A DNA stretch of 12,900 bases from Bacteroidota bacterium (GTDB lineage Bacteria; Bacteroidota; Bacteroidia; Chitinophagales; Saprospiraceae). Position 1 is the first letter of the stretch. Each line of letters opens with the position of its first letter. Both the position numbers and the translations under genes were made by a program. The notes beneath the pieces were generated by a model that saw only the letters and a list, made by a program, of their open reading frames with translations, did not search any database and had not been told where the DNA came from. Location: NCBI GenBank assembly GCA_041192485.1, contig JBEEMU010000531.1:1-12900 (forward strand), in the 5' to 3' direction. Below are positions 8,152 to 12,900 of the stretch, piece after piece.

Positions 8152-8176
8152 CGGAAAATTATCGTATTTTTGTGGC

Positions 8177-9148
8177 ATGAATTCTATATTAAATTTCTTG
8201 TTGAGTATCGCTTTTATCCGTTTGTTTGTCGAAAAAGCAAAACGCTTCACCTTGCCAGGCTTTGCGGGTATTGCCGTTTATGATATTATACTGATGTTTC
8301 GAAATGAGGTAAAGCAAGATTTACTCTTGTTAAGGGCAGGCGCACTGACATTTAATTTTATGATGTCGCTATTTCCAAGTATTATATTCTTTTTTACCCT
8401 GCTGCCTTATATTCCTATTGATAACCTAGATGAGCGCATTTTAGATTTTTTCTTACTACCCAAAAACGCATCGGTTTTTATATCAAAAACCATACATGAT
8501 TTGGTGCATATAAAGCGCGGCGGCTTGCTCAGTACGGGTTTTTTACTGGCTATATTCTTCTCCTCGAATGGCATTATGTCGATGCAGCGAGCTTTTGACC
8601 GCGCCGATACGCATAGCTGGCGTTTCACGCGCCGCGGAGCCGTCGAAAAACGCATTACAGCCATTCTTTTAGTGTTTATTTTGTCTTTTTTATTCACTAT
8701 TGGTTTAGGTTTTATAGTTGGTGGCGCACTTTTTGTAAAATATGTGGGCAACTTATCGGGTGTATCGGCGGTTTCCTACTATTTATTGGTTTTTATCCGT
8801 TGGTTTGCCATTTTGGGCTTGTTTTACGGCACGTTTTCCATTATTTATCGCTATGTTCCTTCGGTGCAACGCCGCTTCCCGTTTCTTTCTGGCGGAGCGA
8901 TTGTTGCAACCTTAGGCTCGCTCATTACGTCGGCGGGTTTCTCTTATTTTGCCAATAATTTCGGCTCCTACAACAAGGTCTATGGAACGGTTGGCACTAT
9001 CATTGTTCTGATGATTTGGTTTAATTTCAATGCACGTGTCTTGCTTATTGGTTTCGAAGTGAACATTGCTATTGCGCAAATTTTAGCAAAACGCGCCCGA
9101 AAACACCCTGTTTTTGACGAAAAAAATGTACTGCCTGCCGAGAGCTAA
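8177..9148 (+). CDS. yihY: YihY/BrkB-family (virulence factor BrkB / RNase BN-like) inner-membrane protein.
   Basis: The 323-aa polytopic membrane protein contains RAGALTFNFMMSLFPSIIF, matching the YihY family signature AxALAY..LSLFP. About six further hydrophobic segments follow. It is divergent from rnpA with a 53-bp spacer. The start at 8177 is plausible but could be a downstream Met. Confidence 0.78.
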   Translation: MNSILNFLLSIAFIRLFVEKAKRFTLPGFAGIAVYDIILMFRNEVKQDLLLLRAGALTFNFMMSLFPSIIFFFTLLPYIPIDNLDERILDFFLLPKNASVFISKTIHDLVHIKRGGLLSTGFLLAIFFSSNGIMSMQRAFDRADTHSWRFTRRGAVEKRITAILLVFILSFLFTIGLGFIVGGALFVKYVGNLSGVSAVSYYLLVFIRWFAILGLFYGTFSIIYRYVPSVQRRFPFLSGGAIVATLGSLITSAGFSYFANNFGSYNKVYGTVGTIIVLMIWFNFNARVLLIGFEVNIAIAQILAKRARKHPVFDEKNVLPAES

Positions 9149-9206
9149 AATTGCTTCTTCGTTCTTCGTTTGATTGTTGAGAACTTGCCCAAAATAAAAA
9201 ATATTC

Positions 9207-9230
9207 GCCTAATGAAACTTTTTCATAGGC
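9207..9230. other. Hairpin with a 10-bp stem, one bulge, and a 3-nt loop (GCCTAATGAAA-ctt-TTTCATAGGC), downstream of yihY.
   Basis: The inverted repeat is seen directly. No U-run follows it on the plus strand. On the minus strand it is followed by a T-rich run (gaatattttttatttt). Confidence 0.3.
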
Positions 9231-9397
9231 TAACGGTGTTAGGAATAGAGAAAAAGTAATGTAATTGTAGCTAAGTTTAAGCAGCTCGCTCGCCCTCTTT
9301 TAAACACCACGCTGCGAAGCTTATTTTGCCGCAGGCGCATAGAACCAGTATTTTTACACAAAATTTTAACCTTTTCACCAAATTTTCACGATAAACC

Positions 9398-11317
9398 ATG
9401 GAAATAATAGTAGCCTACTGGTGGATTCCAGTCCTCCTCATCGCCGTCGCATTATGGAAAACCGTTTTGCGCATTTTCGGAATGGTCATTGTCCCCGAAG
9501 ACAAAATTGGACTGATAACCAAAAAATTCGTTCTTTTTGGCGAAAATAAAGAACTGCCCGACGGACGCATCATTGCCACAAAAGGCGAAGCGGGCTTTCA
9601 AGCCAAAAGTCTCGCGCCAGGCTTGTATTTCGGCTTTTGGCCTTGGCAATACGAGATAAATATGACTAATTTTTTGGTCGTACCCGAAGGCAAAATCGGG
9701 CTCATTATGTCTAAAGACGGCGCGGAAATTCCGACAGGTGCCATTTTAGCACGGCGATGCGATTCGGATAACTTTCAGAGTGCCGAACTCTTTTTACAAA
9801 ATAAAGGCCAAAAAGGGCGGCAAACGAATTTTATTACGGCGGGTTCTTACCGTATCAATACGCATTTATTTACGGTTTCGTTGGCCGAAACAACGTCTAT
9901 TCCCGAAAACATGGTCGGCGTAATTACCACACTCGACGGTGCGCCTATCGAACAAGGCTCTATCGCGGGTAAAAACGTGGACGGGCATAATAATTTCCAG
10001 AATTTCGATGTTTTCTTGGAGCAAGGCGGCAACAGAGGCTTGCAACCACAAGTGATTTTGGCAGGCTCTTACTACCTCAACCCTTGGGCGGTGCAGGTAG
10101 AAATTACGCCGATGACCGAAATTCCAATTAGCCATGTCGGTGTTGTTATTTCGTATATCGGGCAAGAAGGCATCGATGTGAGTGGCGACGAATTTAAACA
10201 CGGCAATATTGTGGCAAAAGGGCATAAAGGCGTTTGGAGCGAGCCATTTGGCCCCGGCAAATATCCGTTGAACAAATATGTGATGAAAATAGAATTGGTG
10301 CCAACTACCAATTTGGTTTTAAATTGGGCAACAGCCCGCTCCGAAGCGCATAATTTAGACCGACACTTAAATACCATTACGGTGCGTTCAAAAGACGGTT
10401 TTCCGTTCAATTTAGACGTGTCGCAAATCATACACGTTCCATCATTAGAAGCCCCGAAAGTGATTGCGCGTTTTGGTACAATGGGTAATTTGGTCAGCCA
10501 GGTCTTGGAGCCGACTATCGGCAATTATTTCCGCAACTCGGCGCAAGATTCCGACGTTATCGCCTTCCTTTCGGCGCGTAAAGAGCGGCAAGAGTCTGCT
10601 AAAATGCACATTAAGCGCGTGTTAGACGAATATAATGTGATAGCCGTCGACACCTTGATTGGCGATATTGTGCCGCCCGAAAGTTTGATGAAAACGCTGA
10701 CGAATCGTAAAATTGCGCAAGAGGAAGAAATGACGTTTGAAACGCAGAAAAAAGCCCAAGAAAAACGGCAGGGCGTAGAAAAAGAAACTGCCTTGGCGGA
10801 TATGCAAAAAGATATGGTTGCGGCACAGCAAAGCGTCGAAATTGCGCAACGCACGGCCGATGCCGCAGTGAAAAAATCGGAAGGCGAGGCGCAAAGCGTC
10901 AAATTGCGCACCGATGCCGACTCGGAAGCCATGAAAATCCGCGCACGTGCCGAAGCCGAAGCCCTGCGTTTACGCGCAAGTGCCGAAGCCGAAGCCGTTA
11001 CCCTGCGTGCCGAAGCCGAAGCAAAACGCATCGCCTTAGAAGGAAATGCCGAAGCCGAAAAGATTTTAGCAATTGGTCGCTCTACCGCCGAAGCCTTCAA
11101 TCTGGCTGTAAAAGCGATGGGCGAAGATAATTTCACGCGCTTGAAAATTGCGGAAGAAATTGCGCAAAATAACATGAAATTAATTCCTGATATTTTGATT
11201 ACAGGCAGCGGAAATAATGGCGGAACCGAAGGCTCTATGAACGGCTTATTAGGCTTCAAACTCATGGAAATGCTCAACGCCTCCAAAACAAGCACGGAGA
11301 AGGGCGGCGAAAAATAA
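9398..11317 (+). CDS. Flotillin/YqiK-like SPFH (band-7) domain protein with an N-terminal transmembrane helix and a C-terminal EA-repeat coiled coil.
   Basis: The 639-aa ORF has an N-terminal transmembrane segment (VAYWWIPVLLIAVALW). A large SPFH-type region follows with internal duplications (VVPEDKIGLITKKF and VVPEGKIGLIMSKDG; ITAGSYRINTHLF and ILAGSYYLNPWAV). Next comes a long Ala/Glu-rich heptad region (RARAEAEALRLRASAEAEAVTLRAEAEAKR) of the kind seen in flotillins, and then a Gly-rich tail. Confidence 0.82.
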   Translation: MEIIVAYWWIPVLLIAVALWKTVLRIFGMVIVPEDKIGLITKKFVLFGENKELPDGRIIATKGEAGFQAKSLAPGLYFGFWPWQYEINMTNFLVVPEGKIGLIMSKDGAEIPTGAILARRCDSDNFQSAELFLQNKGQKGRQTNFITAGSYRINTHLFTVSLAETTSIPENMVGVITTLDGAPIEQGSIAGKNVDGHNNFQNFDVFLEQGGNRGLQPQVILAGSYYLNPWAVQVEITPMTEIPISHVGVVISYIGQEGIDVSGDEFKHGNIVAKGHKGVWSEPFGPGKYPLNKYVMKIELVPTTNLVLNWATARSEAHNLDRHLNTITVRSKDGFPFNLDVSQIIHVPSLEAPKVIARFGTMGNLVSQVLEPTIGNYFRNSAQDSDVIAFLSARKERQESAKMHIKRVLDEYNVIAVDTLIGDIVPPESLMKTLTNRKIAQEEEMTFETQKKAQEKRQGVEKETALADMQKDMVAAQQSVEIAQRTADAAVKKSEGEAQSVKLRTDADSEAMKIRARAEAEALRLRASAEAEAVTLRAEAEAKRIALEGNAEAEKILAIGRSTAEAFNLAVKAMGEDNFTRLKIAEEIAQNNMKLIPDILITGSGNNGGTEGSMNGLLGFKLMEMLNASKTSTEKGGEK

Positions 11318-11363
11318 AGTAGAGGGAATCCCCTTAAAATAGGGTAAAACTTCAAACAAGTAC

Positions 11364-11405
11364 GGCGCAATTCTCTTACGAGAATTTGCGCCGCTTTTAT
11401 TTTTG
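11364..11405 (+). terminator. Intrinsic terminator of the flotillin gene.
   Basis: The sequence is GGCGCAATTCTC-ttac-GAGAATTTGCGCC, a 12-13-bp GC-rich stem, followed by gcTTTTaTTTTT. It begins 47 nt after the stop codon. Confidence 0.75.
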
Positions 11406-11533
11406 GGGATAGGTTTTTAGAAATCGAGATACAATCGAGTTTCACTTCTTGCCTGATACCGTGTAAGCTAAGGTTGCCATACAGCTCGTAACTCCCGTCA
11501 TTATCTACGTTTTCGTATATAGGTTAAGAACAA

Positions 11534-11937
11534 AAAAAGTACACCCGTGCCTATAAGCCGGTTTCTGTCGAGTCCTATCATTTATCTTGCAAATACGCTC
11601 ACGCGCATTGTCGGCTCTGCCTACCCCTCGGCTCGGACGCGCAACCCTAATTCAGACCGTTTTGCAACAGTCGTCACGCCGATGTACATGGCATTTCAAC
11701 CCGCAAGGTTTATCCCCTTCGCCTATTACTAAACAACGGCGTGCGCTCTTACCGCACATTTTCACCCTTACTTCCCGTTTTCGCAAACGATTTAGCGGTT
11801 ATTTTCTGTGACACTTGCTGTCCGAAAAGCGTTTTTCAACACTTCTCGTCCCACCTCTTAAGTGGCGCGGTGCGCTATGTTGTCCGGACTTTCCTCATGC
11901 AACAACAGTGGCACGCGATAGGATAGCACGGGTGTAC
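11534..11937 (-). ncRNA. rnpB: RNase P RNA (bacterial type A M1 RNA), about 400 nt.
   Basis: The minus-strand reading contains GAGGAAAGUCCGGACAACAUAGCGCACCGCGCCA (P4 5' strand through P5). It also contains CAGCAAGUGUCACAGAAAAUAACCGC, GUAAGGGUGAAAAUGUGCGGUAAGAGCGCAC, and GGGUAGGCAGAGCC. The 3' P4 strand ACAGAAACCGGCUUA is present. These align with E. coli M1 RNA. The P1 helix pairs GUACACCCGUGCUAU (5') with AUAGGCACGGGUGUAC (3'), and UUUUUUU follows. No ORF is present on either strand. Confidence 0.85.
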
Positions 11938-11941
11938 GGCG

Positions 11942-11949
11942 CAAAGGTA
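11942..11949 (-). promoter_or_regulatory. TAccTTTG -7 promoter element for rnpB.
   Basis: The plus strand reads caaaggta, which is TACCTTTG on the minus strand. It ends about 4-6 nt before the first nucleotide of the P1 helix, which is correct TSS spacing for a Bacteroidetes promoter. It lies immediately downstream of the deacetylase stop. Confidence 0.55.
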
Positions 11950-11957
11950 CGTTTTTT

Positions 11958-12900
11958 TTATAAAATATCGCATCTTTCTATTATTGCCCGCTTCGTTAGC
12001 TTGCGCAAATGATAGTATAAATATTCGAGGGCGAAAATGGCGCGAGCCGATGCGATGCCGTTGTTTTCGAGGGCTACCCGCTGCCAATGTTGTGGTGCAG
12101 TATCGTCTTTTACGCCTGCGCAGCCAAACGAAATATCGAACTGCATGGTTTCAAAAAAGGTTTTACTAACGCCAGTATCGGTAAAAGGAAACGAGAAAAC
12201 CCGCAAATTGCTGCCTGTTACTTCTTGTATGAAAGCCATTGAATCCGTCGTTTGCTGCAATTGCTCTTCGTATGTAATATAGCGGTATTCAGGGTGATTA
12301 AGGCTGTGCGCACCAAATGTAAAGCCTTGATCATGAAGTTTTTGTATTTGTTTTACGGTCAGATAAGGTTGCTGTTTTTCTAAAAAATTGGAAAGGTTGA
12401 TACCATTTTTTTCTAATAAAGCGTCAATTCTGGGCGTGTCTTTATGGCGAAAATTGCGCACGAAAGAGTCTGCATTTTTTTGCAAAAGCAAACTCACTTT
12501 ATTGCGAAACATTAAGTTTTTATTATCTATAAAATCCGAGTTGATAAAAAAAGTGGCGGGTATTTTTTTTCGCCGTAAAATAGGGGCAACGACTTCGTAA
12601 ATTTCGCGAAAGCCGTCGTCAAATGTTAGATGAAAAACATTTTCTGTAAAATCGATGTTGTTTTTAGTGTGATAAATAAGTGTTTCTAAATCTATTGGAC
12701 GTGCAATGGAAAGCAAAAAATCTAAATCGGCTTCGAATTCTGCTGTATTTTTTGTACGGTAAAGCGCATCGATATGCGGCAATTTATCATTGCTTATGGC
12801 ATGATAAAAAGGCAATAAAACCCGATGCCGCGCATCTTTCGGCGGCAGCAGCGGTAAAAAGCGGCTAACTTTTTTTAATAAAAAGAAAATTATTTGTTTA
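11958..12900 (-). CDS. Polysaccharide deacetylase (carbohydrate esterase family 4, NodB-homology domain), 5'-truncated at the window edge.
   Basis: The protein has the CE4 motifs TFDDG, HSLNHP, and an LLPFYHAI entry motif (the (L/I)LMYH pattern). The reading frame stays open from the tracked TTG at 12815 to the window end at 12900 (upstream residues read ...KQIIFFLLKKVSRFLPLLPPKDARHRVL). The real start therefore lies beyond the window. Confidence 0.75.
   Translation of the reverse strand, partial: KQIIFFLLKKVSRFLPLLPPKDARHRVLLPFYHAISNDKLPHIDALYRTKNTAEFEADLDFLLSIARPIDLETLIYHTKNNIDFTENVFHLTFDDGFREIYEVVAPILRRKKIPATFFINSDFIDNKNLMFRNKVSLLLQKNADSFVRNFRHKDTPRIDALLEKNGINLSNFLEKQQPYLTVKQIQKLHDQGFTFGAHSLNHPEYRYITYEEQLQQTTDSMAFIQEVTGSNLRVFSFPFTDTGVSKTFFETMQFDISFGCAGVKDDTAPQHWQRVALENNGIASARAIFALEYLYYHLRKLTKRAIIERCDIL

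Noticed and set aside
8167-8174. The TAtttTTG -7-like motif immediately before the yihY ATG.
   Set aside because: It would place the TSS at or after the annotated start codon. It is either coincidental in AT-rich DNA, or it implies a downstream start. It could not be resolved from sequence alone.
10525-11445. A 306-aa minus-strand ORF that is Ala/Ser/Arg-rich and antisense to the flotillin gene.
   Set aside because: It is a mirror-image artefact of the GC-rich (GAAGCC)n Ala/Glu repeat of the flotillin coiled coil. It has low complexity, no recognisable domain, and runs through the flotillin terminator.
1-12900. CRISPR arrays, IS or transposon ends, integrase or recombinase genes, and defense-system signatures.
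   Set aside because: No direct repeat arrays, terminal inverted repeats flanking an ORF, or nuclease, ATPase, or methylase genes were seen. All sizeable ORFs are accounted for by housekeeping functions.

Overview
This window reads as an ordinary chromosomal (housekeeping) segment of a Bacteroidota-type genome. The evidence is AT-rich intergenic DNA, mRNAs that largely lack a Shine-Dalgarno sequence, several instances of the Bacteroidetes sigma-A -7 promoter motif TAnnTTTG, and a TonB-dependent receptor carrying an N-terminal CarboxypepD_reg-like domain. Eight protein-coding genes are supported. They are class I fructose-1,6-bisphosphatase (fbp), a UvrD/PcrA-family helicase, a TonB-dependent outer-membrane receptor, a cyclase-family protein (kynurenine-formamidase-like), the RNase P protein subunit (rnpA), a YihY/BrkB-family membrane protein, a YqiK/flotillin-like SPFH protein with an Ala/Glu-rich C-terminal repeat region, and a CE4 polysaccharide deacetylase that is truncated at the window edge. 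The ORF track does not show a type-A RNase P RNA gene (rnpB), which lies on the minus strand at about 11534-11937. It can be recognised from the P4 motifs GAGGAAAGUCCGG and ACAGAAACCGGCUUA, a ~15-bp P1 helix, and a U-run terminator. Structured non-coding elements are also visible. These are a perfect 15-bp inverted repeat in the fbp leader, an 11-bp hairpin with a T-run terminator lying 14 nt upstream of the TonB receptor start codon, a clean intrinsic terminator after the flotillin gene, and an ~820-bp AT-rich intergenic region (1343-2163) with a small GC-richer island. I found no mobile element, CRISPR array, or convincing novel multi-gene system. The most notable points are the unannotated rnpB and the regulatory hairpins.
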